DNA from: Candidatus Marinacidobacterium sp.
GTDB taxonomy: Bacteria > Acidobacteriota > Vicinamibacteria > Marinacidobacterales > Marinacidobacteraceae
Assembly (NCBI GenBank): GCA_965220965.1
Contig: OZ244852.1
Coordinates: forward strand, 192,001-256,000
DNA length: 64,000 nucleotides
Direction: 5' to 3'
Numbering within the stretch: the stretch's first letter is position 1; every line of letters begins with the position of its first letter. Positions 40,018-50,095 of this stretch are shown piece by piece. The translations under genes were made by a program, and so were the position numbers. Below the pieces are notes generated by a model. The model was not told the origin of the DNA and ran no database searches. It saw only the letters and a list, made by a program, of their open reading frames with translations.

Positions 40018-41799
40018 ATGCGCCTCGTTCGCTCGATCCTGCTGGTGGTCCTCGTGACCTCCGCGACCCCCGTCGCGGCCGGGCAACTGGCGTCGATTCC
40101 GCCCGACCTGGACTTCGACTTCGAGGTGTGGCCGTATCCGCTCCACGCGGAGGTCTCCGCCCGCCTCGACGAGCTGGCGGCCAGCCACCCGAACCTGGCC
40201 CGGGCCCACATCATCGGGAAGAGCCGGAAGGGGCGCGATCTCCAGGTCCTCGAGATCACGAACTTCGCGACCGGTCCGGGCGAGGAGAAACCGGGTCTCT
40301 GGCTCGACGGGAACATCCACGCCCGCGAGATCACCGGCCGCCAGATGATGTGGTACCTCGCCGAAGCGCTGCTGGCGAACTACGGCAGGGACCCGGTCGT
40401 CACCGAGATCCTCGACACCCGGACCTTCTACGTCATGCCCATCTTCGACGCCGACGGCGGCGAGGAGGCGCTGACGCGCCACCCGGCGTGGCCGGGGCAC
40501 AACCCCGAGGAGCACAACGCCGAGGATCTCGACGGAGACGGGTTCATCACTCAGATGCGCGTGCGCGACCCGGAGGGGAACTACTACCCGAGCCACATCG
40601 ACGAGCGGCTCATGCTCCAGGTCCGGGACCGGACGGGCGGCCGGTGGAACTTCGTCCCCACGACGCTCGAGGAGCCCGAGGAGTTCGAGGACGAGCTCGC
40701 CCCGCCGGACCGCCGTTACCGCGTCTACGCCGAGGGCGCCGACCTGACCCCGATGGTTACCGACGAGCGCGAGGAGACGAACTTCAACCGCAACTGGTCC
40801 GCCGAGTGGCAGCGGGGCGAGCCGGGCGCCGGGCCCTATCCGTTTTCGCTTCCCGAGGTGCGGGCGGTCGCCGAGTTCATCACCTCCCACCCGAACATCT
40901 ACTTCACCTACACGATCCACTCCGGCGGCGGCGCCCGGAACTACATCGTGCGGCCGCCGATGAGCCACCCCTTCGACTACATGCCGCCGGAAGACAACGA
41001 TTTCTACACCCGGGTGGGCGGCATCTGGTCATGGCTCAGCCGCGGCGGGGTGATGAACAACAACCACTACGCCCAGGAGGTGAAGGCCGGCCGCTACGGC
41101 GAGACGATGCATGGGTTCTCGAACGACTGGGCCTACATGCAGGTGGGGATCCACAGCCTGCTGCCGGAGATCTCCGGCGCCGGGCGGGACTACGACGAGG
41201 ACGGCTACGTGACGCAGTACGAGGTTCTGCGGTGGGTGGACGAAGAGAAGGACGGCGTCCATTTCGCCCCCTGGACCCCCTACGAGCACCCGGAACTCGG
41301 AACCGTCGAGATCGGGGGATTCCGGGGTTTGCCGCAGGGGATCGACGACCGGCTCCGGTTCGAGTCCGAGATCCACTACCAGTATCTGGTCCACATCGCC
41401 GGGCTCTCGCCGCTGCTGCGGATCGAGGAGCTCGAAGTCGAGCCCGCCGGTCCCGGCGCGCACCGGGTGACCGCCGTGCTCCGGAACCACGGCTACCTGT
41501 CCACCTATGTCACCCGGAAGGCGCTCGAGATCCGGCTGGACTACCCGATCCTGGCGCGCATCCGGGCCGACGGCGGCGAGGTCGAGGGTCCCTCGGTCGT
41601 GGACGCCGGGCACATCCTGGGGAAGCTCGCCTACATTCGCCGGTGGGGCTCCGGCGCCGACGAGTCGAGAAAGCGCATCTCCTGGACGGTGCGCGGCGAG
41701 GGGCCGATCGAGGTGACCGTCGAGGCGTGGGCGAAACGCGCCGGCCGCGCCGAGAGCACGATCACGTTGGGAGTCACCGACGCCTCGGGGCGACGCTGA
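40018..41799 (+). CDS. Exported M14 zinc carboxypeptidase family protein
   Basis: Signal peptide; GNIHARE, NFNRNW, PFS.PE and TIHSG; DxDxDG loops. Confidence 0.9.
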   Translation: MRLVRSILLVVLVTSATPVAAGQLASIPPDLDFDFEVWPYPLHAEVSARLDELAASHPNLARAHIIGKSRKGRDLQVLEITNFATGPGEEKPGLWLDGNIHAREITGRQMMWYLAEALLANYGRDPVVTEILDTRTFYVMPIFDADGGEEALTRHPAWPGHNPEEHNAEDLDGDGFITQMRVRDPEGNYYPSHIDERLMLQVRDRTGGRWNFVPTTLEEPEEFEDELAPPDRRYRVYAEGADLTPMVTDEREETNFNRNWSAEWQRGEPGAGPYPFSLPEVRAVAEFITSHPNIYFTYTIHSGGGARNYIVRPPMSHPFDYMPPEDNDFYTRVGGIWSWLSRGGVMNNNHYAQEVKAGRYGETMHGFSNDWAYMQVGIHSLLPEISGAGRDYDEDGYVTQYEVLRWVDEEKDGVHFAPWTPYEHPELGTVEIGGFRGLPQGIDDRLRFESEIHYQYLVHIAGLSPLLRIEELEVEPAGPGAHRVTAVLRNHGYLSTYVTRKALEIRLDYPILARIRADGGEVEGPSVVDAGHILGKLAYIRRWGSGADESRKRISWTVRGEGPIEVTVEAWAKRAGRAESTITLGVTDASGRR

Positions 41800-43091
41800 T
41801 CCGCCTTCCGCGCGGCCCCGTCGCCGTCGGCCTGCTCCTCGTTGGCTTCGGCGCCTCCGGTCCGGGGGCTTTCGCCCAGGAGATCCTCGTCCCCGACCCG
41901 CCCACGGCGGGCATGGAGGCGGCGGTCGCCGAGGCGATCGCCGAAGCGCGCCGGCGGGTGGAAGCCGAGCCCGGGGCCGCGGCCGCGTGGGGCGCGCTGG
42001 GAAGGACGTTCCACGCACACGGCCTCGAGGAGGAGGCGGCGGCGAGCTACGAGCGGGCCGAGGCGCTCGCCCCCGCGGATTTCCGCTGGCCCTATCTCCT
42101 CGGCGCCGCGCTGAAGCACATCCGGCCCGGGGAAGCGCTCGCCGCCGCGCGGCGCGCCGCGGGGCGCGACCCGACGTACGCCCCGGCCCACCTGCTGGCG
42201 GCGGAGCTCCTGGAACGCGCCGGTGACGCTTCAGGAGCCATGGCGGCCTGGCGGGCGGCGCTCGCCGCGGCGCCGGAGACGCCGCTCGCGGAGCTTGGGC
42301 TCGGACGGCTGCTGCTCGGAGCGGGCGATCCGGAGGCGGCTTCCCAACACCTGACGCGCGCCGCCGGGCTCGCGCCCCGGGCGCGGCCGGTGCAGGTCGC
42401 GCTGGCCCGGCTCCACCGCCTCCGCGGCGATGGGGCCCGCGCGCGGGAGGTCTCGGAAGCCGCCGCGGCTCTCCCCGCGGCGGTCCCGGTGGAGGATCCG
42501 CTCCTCCTCGAGGTGTGGGACGCGGCGGTGTCGGCGTGGGGGGTCGAGCAGCGGGCTCTGCGCGCCGAGCAGGCCGGTGACCTCGAGGCCGCCGAGATGC
42601 TCTACGAACGTCTCGTGGAGCAGCGCCCCGGCGCTGCGAACCTCCTCTTCAACTTCGGCAACCTCCTGCTTCGGGCGCGCCGTCTCGAATCCGCGGTCGG
42701 GCGCTATCAGGAGGCGCTCGAAGCCGACCCGGATCATGTCCCGGCGCGGGTGAACCTGGGCGGCGCCCTGCTCCTCCTCGGGAGGCGCGACGAGGCGGTG
42801 GCGCAGCTCGAAGCCGCGCTCGAGCGGGATCCGGACGACGTCGACAGCCACCGGACGCTCGGCGGACTGTTCGCCTACCGGGGCGATCACGAGCGAGCGA
42901 TCCGGCACTTCCGCTCCGCCCTGGCGGGCGACCCGGGCCAGGGAGAAGTCCACCGCGACCTCGCCATCGTGCTGGCCGCCGAGGGGCGGTTCGAAGCCGC
43001 CTGGGAGCACGTGGGGCGGGCGGAGGCGCTGGGGGCGCCTCCGTCGCGGGCGTTCCTCCTCGAGCTTCAGGCGGCCCATCCCCGTCGGTGA
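41796..43091 (+). CDS. Exported tetratricopeptide-repeat protein
   Basis: Multiple TPR-like repeats; signal peptide ending AFAQ; start uncertain (CTG overlapping the upstream TGA). Confidence 0.75.
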   Translation: MIRLPRGPVAVGLLLVGFGASGPGAFAQEILVPDPPTAGMEAAVAEAIAEARRRVEAEPGAAAAWGALGRTFHAHGLEEEAAASYERAEALAPADFRWPYLLGAALKHIRPGEALAAARRAAGRDPTYAPAHLLAAELLERAGDASGAMAAWRAALAAAPETPLAELGLGRLLLGAGDPEAASQHLTRAAGLAPRARPVQVALARLHRLRGDGARAREVSEAAAALPAAVPVEDPLLLEVWDAAVSAWGVEQRALRAEQAGDLEAAEMLYERLVEQRPGAANLLFNFGNLLLRARRLESAVGRYQEALEADPDHVPARVNLGGALLLLGRRDEAVAQLEAALERDPDDVDSHRTLGGLFAYRGDHERAIRHFRSALAGDPGQGEVHRDLAIVLAAEGRFEAAWEHVGRAEALGAPPSRAFLLELQAAHPRR

Positions 43092-43359
43092 GCCGGGCGC
43101 CCAGGCCCGATTGACGCGCTCCCCGGAAGGGTGATTGCCTCGGGTTCTCCCTGATCGCGTTTGCGCGCCGGCGCGTGGATCTGCTATTCCCTCACGGCAG
43201 GGAGACGGAGTTTGGAAGGGCTGCGCCTCCCGTCCGTTTCATGCGTTTCCGGAGTAGACCGCGGGGTGTCGCGGCCGCCGTGCGCGACGGGAGTCGACGC
43301 AGCGGTTCGCGGCGCCAGCGAGTTCTCCGGGCTTCAAGGCACTCGTGCGGGGGTTTGCC

Positions 43360-46242
43360 ATGCGTCTCTTCTCTCTTCTCATAGCCGGGCTTCTGCTGAC
43401 GCCAGCCGCGTTGGCCCAGGAGCAGACCGGCGCGCTCCAGGGTCGGGTCACCGACGCGTCCGCCGGCGTCCTGCCGGGCGTCACGGTCACGATCTCGGGA
43501 CCCTCGATTCTCGGGGGCGCCCGGTCCGCGGTCACCGCCGGAGGCGGCGCCTACCGGCTCGCCAACGTGCCGCCCGGGGTCTACCGCGTCTCCTTTGCGC
43601 TCAGCGGGTTCGGCGAGCGGATCTTCGAGGGGGTCCGCGTCTCGGCGGACACGACCTTCACGCTGAATGCGGAACTCGACGTGGCCGGGATCGAGGAAAC
43701 GGTCACCGTCGTCGGCGAGGCGCCGGTCATCGAAACGCAGGCGACCGATGTGGCCTTCAACTTCACCGACGAGGTCATGGAGAACGTTCCGAACGCCCGC
43801 GATCCGTGGGCGATGATCTCCCAGGTCCCCGGCGTCACGACGAACCGGATCAACGTCGGCGGGACCGAGACCGGTAACCAGCTCGCCTTCCGGGGCCACG
43901 GCGTCTTCCCCGGGCAGAACATCTATGTCCTGAACGGCGCGAACGTGACGGACAACCAGAGCAACGGCGGCTCCCAGTTCTACTTCGATGTGGACTCCTT
44001 CGAGGAGATGCAGGTGGAGGTCAGCTCCCACAGCGCGGAGGTCCAGACCCCGGGCATGGTGATGAACATCGTGCCCAAGTCGGGCTCGAACGACTTCGGC
44101 GGCACGACAAGCGTCTACTTCGGGAACGAGGGCATGCAGTCCGACAACGTGGACGACGGCCTGCGGTCGCTGGGAGTGGACCGGGCCAGCAACCTGAACC
44201 AGTACCTCGACGCCGGATTCGAGTTCGGTGGTCCGCTCGTCCGGGACCGGGTGTGGTGGTGGGGCGGCTACCGCCACCAGGTGGTCCAGAAGTTCGTTAC
44301 CGGGACCCAGTTGCCCGACGGCAGCTTCCCGATCGACGAAACCGTCCTCTGGTACCCCTCGGCCAAGCTGAACTGGGCGATCAACCAGAACCACAACTTC
44401 TCGTTCTACTTCAACATGGCGCAGAAGAAGCGGTTCAACCGCGCCCTCAGTTCGCTGCGGCCGCTGGAGACCACCTGGAACCAGCAGGGGGCGCCGGTCG
44501 CCCGCCTGTTCACGTTCCGCGACGACTGGACCCCGAGCCCGGATGTTCTGGTCGCCTTCAAGGCGAACATCATGGACCAGGGGTTTGAACTCCGCGCCCA
44601 GCCGGAAGTGGATGTCGAAAACACCCCGGCGCGGCTCGATCTCGCCACCAGACAGTGGGCGGGCGCTCCGCCGAACGAACTCGGCGTTCACAAGAACCTG
44701 CGCAACGTGGCGACGACGCTGTCGTGGTACCGGAGCGACTGGGGCGGGGATCACGACTTCAAATTCGGCTTCGAGGTGGGCCAGATCCGCGCCTTCGGGA
44801 ACCAGGGCGGGGGAGTGGCGCGGAACACCTACCCCGCGGACCATCGACTCCACTTCTTCGACGGGGAGCCATCCGAGGTCATCCTGTGGGCTTCGGGGGC
44901 GGTGGCCGCCACCGGTCCCCAGCGGTCCGCCTTCGCCCAGGACTCGTGGGCGGTCAACAACCGGCTCCGTCTGAACCTGGGGATGCGGTGGGACTGGCAG
45001 GCGAACGCGCTGGATGAGGTGACCGCTCCGGCCAGCCGCTACCTCGACCCGGTGTCCCAGGCGGGGACCGGGAACCTGATCGTCTGGAACACACTCTCGC
45101 CGCGCCTCGGCATGGTTTTCGACGTGACCGGAGATGCGCGCACGCTGCTGAAGTCGAGCTACGGCCGCTACCACTGGGTCCTGTGGCTGGACCGGGTGCA
45201 GCAGGCCAGCGTCGCCGGCGACCGGAACCGGAAGCACGTCTGGAACGACCTCAACGGCGACCGGAACTTCACCGTGGACGAGCTGGGTCCGGTCCTCAGC
45301 GTGTTCGACGCGGGAGCGAACCCGGTCACGATCGATCCGGACCTGGCCCCCTCCTACACCGACGAGCTGACCGTCGGATTCACCCGCGAAGTCGCGGCGA
45401 ATGTCTCGGCGAGCGCCACCGCGATGTGGCGAAGAGACCGGGACATCACCTGGCTCATGCGGCCCGACATCTCGCCGGCGGACTACACCGCGGTGACGGG
45501 CGCGGATCCCGGCCCCGACGGCGTGCTCGGCTCCGCCGATGATGGCGGCGCGATCACCTTCTACGAGCTCGACGCCGGGAAGACCGGTCTCTCACCCAAC
45601 TTCGTGACGACCCGCGAGGGCTTCGAGCACGAGTACCGCGGCGTCGAGTTCACGCTTCATCGCCGCCTCGCGGCGAACTGGCAGTTCATGGGTTCGGTGA
45701 CGCTCGGGGAGCAGATCGAGAACTACGGAGCGGGCTCTTACCAGAACCCCGACCGCACGATCCCGAACACCAGCGGCGGGCTGGGCAACGAACCGCAGTT
45801 CCCGATCAACAACCCCGAGTTCGTGGACGGGACCCGGATCGCCAACTCGACTCCGGTGCTGGTGAAGCTGCTCGGAACCTACCAGGCCGATTTCGGCCTG
45901 ACGCTGAGCGGCTTCTACCAGTACATCAGCGGGAACAACTTCACGCGGACGGTGAACGCGATCTCGGCGCTCGGACGCAGCCTGAACCAGGGGAATGTCC
46001 GGGCCTTCGCTGGCGAGCGCAACGCCGCGAGCTACGACGCGGCGAACGTGCTGGACCTGCGCGCCGGCTACGACCTGTCGCTCGGAGATCTCGGGATGCT
46101 GGCCATCCAGCTCGACATCTTCAACGCCCTGAACATCAACACCGTCACGAACACCCAGACGCTCGCGGGTGGCGCGTTCGGGCGGGTGCTCGGTTTCGTC
46201 CCGCCGCGCATCTTCCGCATCGGGGGCAAGCTCCGCTTCTGA
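43360..46242 (+). CDS. TonB-dependent receptor (Oar/carboxypeptidase-regulatory-domain type)
   Basis: Signal peptide; G.L.GRVTD.S.GVLPGVTVT, ETVTV and KSGSN.F.G; C-terminal PR.FR.G.KLRF ending in Phe. Confidence 0.92.
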   Translation: MRLFSLLIAGLLLTPAALAQEQTGALQGRVTDASAGVLPGVTVTISGPSILGGARSAVTAGGGAYRLANVPPGVYRVSFALSGFGERIFEGVRVSADTTFTLNAELDVAGIEETVTVVGEAPVIETQATDVAFNFTDEVMENVPNARDPWAMISQVPGVTTNRINVGGTETGNQLAFRGHGVFPGQNIYVLNGANVTDNQSNGGSQFYFDVDSFEEMQVEVSSHSAEVQTPGMVMNIVPKSGSNDFGGTTSVYFGNEGMQSDNVDDGLRSLGVDRASNLNQYLDAGFEFGGPLVRDRVWWWGGYRHQVVQKFVTGTQLPDGSFPIDETVLWYPSAKLNWAINQNHNFSFYFNMAQKKRFNRALSSLRPLETTWNQQGAPVARLFTFRDDWTPSPDVLVAFKANIMDQGFELRAQPEVDVENTPARLDLATRQWAGAPPNELGVHKNLRNVATTLSWYRSDWGGDHDFKFGFEVGQIRAFGNQGGGVARNTYPADHRLHFFDGEPSEVILWASGAVAATGPQRSAFAQDSWAVNNRLRLNLGMRWDWQANALDEVTAPASRYLDPVSQAGTGNLIVWNTLSPRLGMVFDVTGDARTLLKSSYGRYHWVLWLDRVQQASVAGDRNRKHVWNDLNGDRNFTVDELGPVLSVFDAGANPVTIDPDLAPSYTDELTVGFTREVAANVSASATAMWRRDRDITWLMRPDISPADYTAVTGADPGPDGVLGSADDGGAITFYELDAGKTGLSPNFVTTREGFEHEYRGVEFTLHRRLAANWQFMGSVTLGEQIENYGAGSYQNPDRTIPNTSGGLGNEPQFPINNPEFVDGTRIANSTPVLVKLLGTYQADFGLTLSGFYQYISGNNFTRTVNAISALGRSLNQGNVRAFAGERNAASYDAANVLDLRAGYDLSLGDLGMLAIQLDIFNALNINTVTNTQTLAGGAFGRVLGFVPPRIFRIGGKLRF

Positions 46243-46247
46243 TCCGC

Positions 46248-46284
46248 CGCCGGCCGCCGCCGGCTCTCCCGGCGGCGGCTGGCG
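46248..46284 (+). terminator. Strong hairpin after the TonB receptor
   Basis: 16-bp stem CGCCGGCCGCCGCCGG/CCGGCGGCGGCTGGCG (one G-U pair), 5-nt loop; no U-tract. Confidence 0.45.
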
Positions 46285-46339
46285 CCTGAGCGATGGCGAC
46301 GCCGCTCGCCGCCCGGTCTCCGGGGGCTATGGTTGCCGC

Positions 46340-47905
46340 ATGAGCGGCTGGGGGTTCTACGGACGCAGCAGGGAGCTGGGAGTTCTCGTTGAACGAATGC
46401 GCGATCCTCGCTGGAGCTTTGGAACCATCGAGGGGCGGCGGCGCATCGGGAAGACGAAGCTGGTCCAGCGAGCCTTCGAGATCCTCGCAGCCGAACATCC
46501 GGACGCGAAGACGCCCCTGCTCGTGCGTCTGGCGGGCGACTCCCCGCAAAGCCTGGCGCACCGGTTCCGGGCGGACGCCGCGCTCCTGGGACACGGCGGT
46601 CTTCTCCCGGAGTCTCCGCCCCCCTATGAGCCGGCGGGCCTCGCCCGCGACATCGGGCGGCTATGCGAGAGGGGCATCGTGGTCGTCCTCGACGAGTTCC
46701 AGGAGTGCGACCGTGAGCCGCTCGACGCGCTGCCCTCGCTGCTTCAAGAGGAAGTGGACCGTCTGCACGAAGCTGGCGCTCCGGGAACGCTCCTGCTCCT
46801 CGGGTCGATGCAGTCCAGGATGGCCCGGCTCCTTCGGGACGCCAGAGAGCCGCTCTACGGACGAACGACCTTTCGGAGCATTCGTCTCGATCCCTGGAGC
46901 CTTCGAACCGTCTTTGAGGTGTGCGGCGACCTGGGCGTCACGGACCCCGGATGCCTGTTGACGCTCTGGACCCTCTTTGGTGGAGTCCCGAAGTACTGGC
47001 GGCACTGCTGGGAGGCGGAGCTCGGTGCGCGGGGCGATGGTTGGTCTTCCTGGGCGCAGGACGTGTGCTGGACTCTCTTCTTGTCGACCAGTGCGCCGCT
47101 GGGGGAGGAAGGGGATGTTCTTCTGGGTCCGGAGATCCGGCCGGAGGCGCGCGCGGTTCTGCAGGCCGTGGCCTACAGCGGGCCGCTCTCCGCGGACCGG
47201 GTGGCCGCGGCCGTTCCCGGCCTCGCCGATCCGAAGCGCGAACTCCGCACACTTTCGGAGGGACTCGGCCTTGTCCGGGAGGAGACTCCGTTTGGCGCCG
47301 GAGCGGGTTCGGGCCGGAGTCGCTTCGTGGTGGCGGACCCCTTTCTGCGCGCCTGGCTCAGGGTGCTGCGGCCGGCGCGCGACGCGGCGAGATTTCGCAC
47401 GGACGAGGTGGTCCGGGAGGCCCTCGTCCGGCGACTGGAAACCCTGGAGGGCCATGCTTTCGAAGACATGATCCACCGCGCGATCGTCGAGGCCTCACGC
47501 GCCGGCGCAGACTTTCCGGTCTCCGCCGCACCCCTCCGATACGAACGGAGGTCCCGTCCCGGCCGGCGCGGTGTCGAGATCGATGTGATCGCCTGGGAGG
47601 ACGAGGGTCGGCAGGTGTTGTTCGGGTCCTGCAAGCGGAGCGCCCGCGATCACGACGAGGAGTCTCTCAAAGGGTTCGGCGACGCCATCGAGACGTTCCT
47701 GAAGGCGGAGGGAGACCGGTTCCGGGCTTGGGGTCAGGAGAAGGTCCTGTTCAGCCCACACTTCTCCCGGACGGCGAGAACCCGGCTCGAAGGTCAGGGA
47801 TTCGTCTGCCGCGATCTCGAGGACTACCGGGGCTTCCTTTCGGATACATCGAACGGAGACCTGGGGCCGCCCTTTCCCGCTCCTTTGACTCCCCCCGCCC
47901 CGTGA
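46340..47905 (+). CDS. Archaeal-type AAA ATPase with winged helix and C-terminal PD-(D/E)XK (DUF234-like) domain
   Basis: FYGR.REL, GRRRIGKT, VVLDEFQ, GS, PLYGR, GGVPKY, DPFLR.W and EID.IA...FGSCK. Confidence 0.85.
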   Translation: MSGWGFYGRSRELGVLVERMRDPRWSFGTIEGRRRIGKTKLVQRAFEILAAEHPDAKTPLLVRLAGDSPQSLAHRFRADAALLGHGGLLPESPPPYEPAGLARDIGRLCERGIVVVLDEFQECDREPLDALPSLLQEEVDRLHEAGAPGTLLLLGSMQSRMARLLRDAREPLYGRTTFRSIRLDPWSLRTVFEVCGDLGVTDPGCLLTLWTLFGGVPKYWRHCWEAELGARGDGWSSWAQDVCWTLFLSTSAPLGEEGDVLLGPEIRPEARAVLQAVAYSGPLSADRVAAAVPGLADPKRELRTLSEGLGLVREETPFGAGAGSGRSRFVVADPFLRAWLRVLRPARDAARFRTDEVVREALVRRLETLEGHAFEDMIHRAIVEASRAGADFPVSAAPLRYERRSRPGRRGVEIDVIAWEDEGRQVLFGSCKRSARDHDEESLKGFGDAIETFLKAEGDRFRAWGQEKVLFSPHFSRTARTRLEGQGFVCRDLEDYRGFLSDTSNGDLGPPFPAPLTPPAP

Positions 47906-48744
47906 TGCGGGTGAGCAGCCCGGACGGGCGGATCGTCGTCCTGAACGGGAACTGGGGCGATACGACGCTGGGCGCCATCGTCGATGTCCTGGAGTCGGCG
48001 TACCGGATCATGACGGAAGCGGTCGGCGCCGAACCCGAGGCCCCCATCCATGTGTCTCACTGGACGCAGAACCCGCTTACCGTATCCGGGCGCCGGCCCT
48101 ACGAGGTCCTGTTGAGCGCGCGGTCACGGTACTGGTCCCAGTACGTCTTCCAGTTCGGCTACGCGCTCTGCCGGATCCTCACGCACCACGACCGCTACGC
48201 CGGGCGCCGCCACCGATGGTTCGAGGGGAGCATCGGCCAGCTCGCCTCGCTGTTTACGCTGCATGAGGTCGCGTCCCGGTGGCGCGACGACCCGCCCCCG
48301 CGAGTACCGGGCGCCCGTGACTTCGCGCCCCGTCACGGAACGTATCTGGACCGCCTGCGGGGGCAGATTCGTGAGTCCAACCCGAGCGGCCTCCCGGACT
48401 GGTTTCGGGAGAACCGCTCCGCGCTCGAGTCTGACGGACAACGCCACCCTCGCGAGGCCGTGATTGCGGAGGGACTGCTCGATTCCTTCCTCGACGAGCC
48501 GCGCCTGTGGCGCGAGGTCGCCCTGCTGAACGAGTGGGATCCGGGACAGGACGACGACTTCGCGGCCTACCTGGAGTCCTGGAAGCGCTGCGCGGCTTCC
48601 GCCGGGCGCCCGGGCCGGGCCGCGGCTGTCGTGGAGAGGGTTCTCGGTTTGGGTTCCCCGGAGGCTACGAACCGGAACCCGACGGGTCGATCAGGAAGAG
48701 CTCCGTCTGGGGCGGGAGGAGCCACTGGAGGCCCTCCTCGGTGA
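47905..48744 (+). CDS. Hypothetical protein resembling a gluzincin-like family, metal motif degenerate
   Basis: TGATG coupling to the ATPase; YWSQYVFQFGYALCRIL...WFEGS aligns by eye to W.QY.YQF.HE.CH...WFEE.-type proteins. Confidence 0.6.
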   Translation: MRVSSPDGRIVVLNGNWGDTTLGAIVDVLESAYRIMTEAVGAEPEAPIHVSHWTQNPLTVSGRRPYEVLLSARSRYWSQYVFQFGYALCRILTHHDRYAGRRHRWFEGSIGQLASLFTLHEVASRWRDDPPPRVPGARDFAPRHGTYLDRLRGQIRESNPSGLPDWFRENRSALESDGQRHPREAVIAEGLLDSFLDEPRLWREVALLNEWDPGQDDDFAAYLESWKRCAASAGRPGRAAAVVERVLGLGSPEATNRNPTGRSGRAPSGAGGATGGPPR

Positions 48745-50095
48745 TCTGGCCGGCCTCCTCGAAGCGCGCATACCAGGTCTTGCCGTCCCATTCGGGAACC
48801 GGGATGCTCACGTGAAACTCGATCGCGACCCACTCGCTCGCCTGAAGCGGGAACCGCACGCGGTCGCCGTAGGCGAAGGGAATGTCCGCCGCGATGCGGG
48901 CGCCGATGTCGTGGGCCACGTTCCCTACCGAGTGCCCGTAGACGCCGACTTCCGGCTCGGTCGTCGTGACCGCGTCGCCTCCGGCGTCGGGACCCGTCGC
49001 GCGGTAGCCCCGCGATTCCATCTCGGTGTTGATGGCCGACCAGGTCTCGGAGCCGATCGCTCCCGGAACCATGAGGCTCGCGTAGTAGTCGCCGATCTCG
49101 TGCGTCGTCCGCCAGACCTCCTGGAGGCTCGGGGGCAGTTCGGTCTCGCCCGGCTTCAGGATGTAGGCGGTGCGCTTGATGTCGATCGCATAGTGGAGGA
49201 AGTGAAGTCCCCCGTCGATCCCGACGATGTCCCCCGGTTCGAGTGGGATGTCCGGGTCGTGGATGGGGAGCAGCTCGCCCTCCCGCACGACGCGCACCGT
49301 GCCCCAGCCTGTCAGCCCGAGCTCCAGCGCCCGGTCCTGGATCCACCAGGCGACATCCTCGGCGGTCGTGACGCCGGTGGTGACGTTCTCCGTCGAGAGC
49401 GCTTCCTCCATCCAGCGGGCGGACCACTCCAGCAGGTCCGCGTAGATCGCGGTTTCGGCCGGCGTCCGGTGGAGCCGGAAGTCCCGCACCAGAAGCTCGG
49501 CTGACACGATCCGGCTCGCGTAGTCCGGGCCGATCGCGTCTTCGAGGAAACGGCTCAGGCCCACGGTGAGCCCGTCGGCCTCCGGCAGGGTGTGCGAGGT
49601 GTTCACCCCGATCCTCTCCGGATCGCGGTCGTGAACCGCCTGGCGGAGGTGTGGCGTCAGCCCTTCGGGGCTGTAGCCGTAGTAGAGCTTCTCGTCGTAG
49701 ACCTGGGTGATCACCGAGTTCGCCGGCTGTTCGTGCGACCCGTAGTAGATCTTCTCCACGGTGTCCGAGCCGTCGTCATGGAAGATGAAGGCGCCGCGGA
49801 CGCCCGCGAACCCGCCGCCCAGTTCGACATGGAGCGGCTCCTCGTTGTTCTCGCGGTCGAGGACGATCCACATGTCGATGTCGTGGTTCCGCATCGCCGG
49901 GAGGAGCGCCGCCTCGAGCTTGCCGGCGATGGCGTCGCGCTGGAGCCGGAAGCGCTCCTTCGAGTCGGGAATGCCGTAGTCCGCCGCCGTCGGTCGACCG
50001 GGAGCCTCAGGCTCCGGGACCGCGCATCCGACGAGCCCGGTCCCCAGCGCGAGGACCAGACCGGCCCGCCATTTAACTCTCTGGAACAACAACAT
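48665..50095 (-). CDS. M24 (Xaa-Pro aminopeptidase-like) lipoprotein
   Basis: Lipobox LVGC; PAMR...IDMW; metal ligands D (IDGG), D (IDIKR), H (GHSVG), E (AIEF), E (FEE). Confidence 0.85.
   Translation of the reverse strand: MLLFQRVKWRAGLVLALGTGLVGCAVPEPEAPGRPTAADYGIPDSKERFRLQRDAIAGKLEAALLPAMRNHDIDMWIVLDRENNEEPLHVELGGGFAGVRGAFIFHDDGSDTVEKIYYGSHEQPANSVITQVYDEKLYYGYSPEGLTPHLRQAVHDRDPERIGVNTSHTLPEADGLTVGLSRFLEDAIGPDYASRIVSAELLVRDFRLHRTPAETAIYADLLEWSARWMEEALSTENVTTGVTTAEDVAWWIQDRALELGLTGWGTVRVVREGELLPIHDPDIPLEPGDIVGIDGGLHFLHYAIDIKRTAYILKPGETELPPSLQEVWRTTHEIGDYYASLMVPGAIGSETWSAINTEMESRGYRATGPDAGGDAVTTTEPEVGVYGHSVGNVAHDIGARIAADIPFAYGDRVRFPLQASEWVAIEFHVSIPVPEWDGKTWYARFEEAGQITEEGLQWLLPPQTELFLIDPSGSGS

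Noticed and set aside
43092-43359. Riboswitch upstream of the TonB receptor
   Set aside because: Some pairing potential, but I could not recognise a cobalamin, TPP or other consensus; an Rfam search is needed
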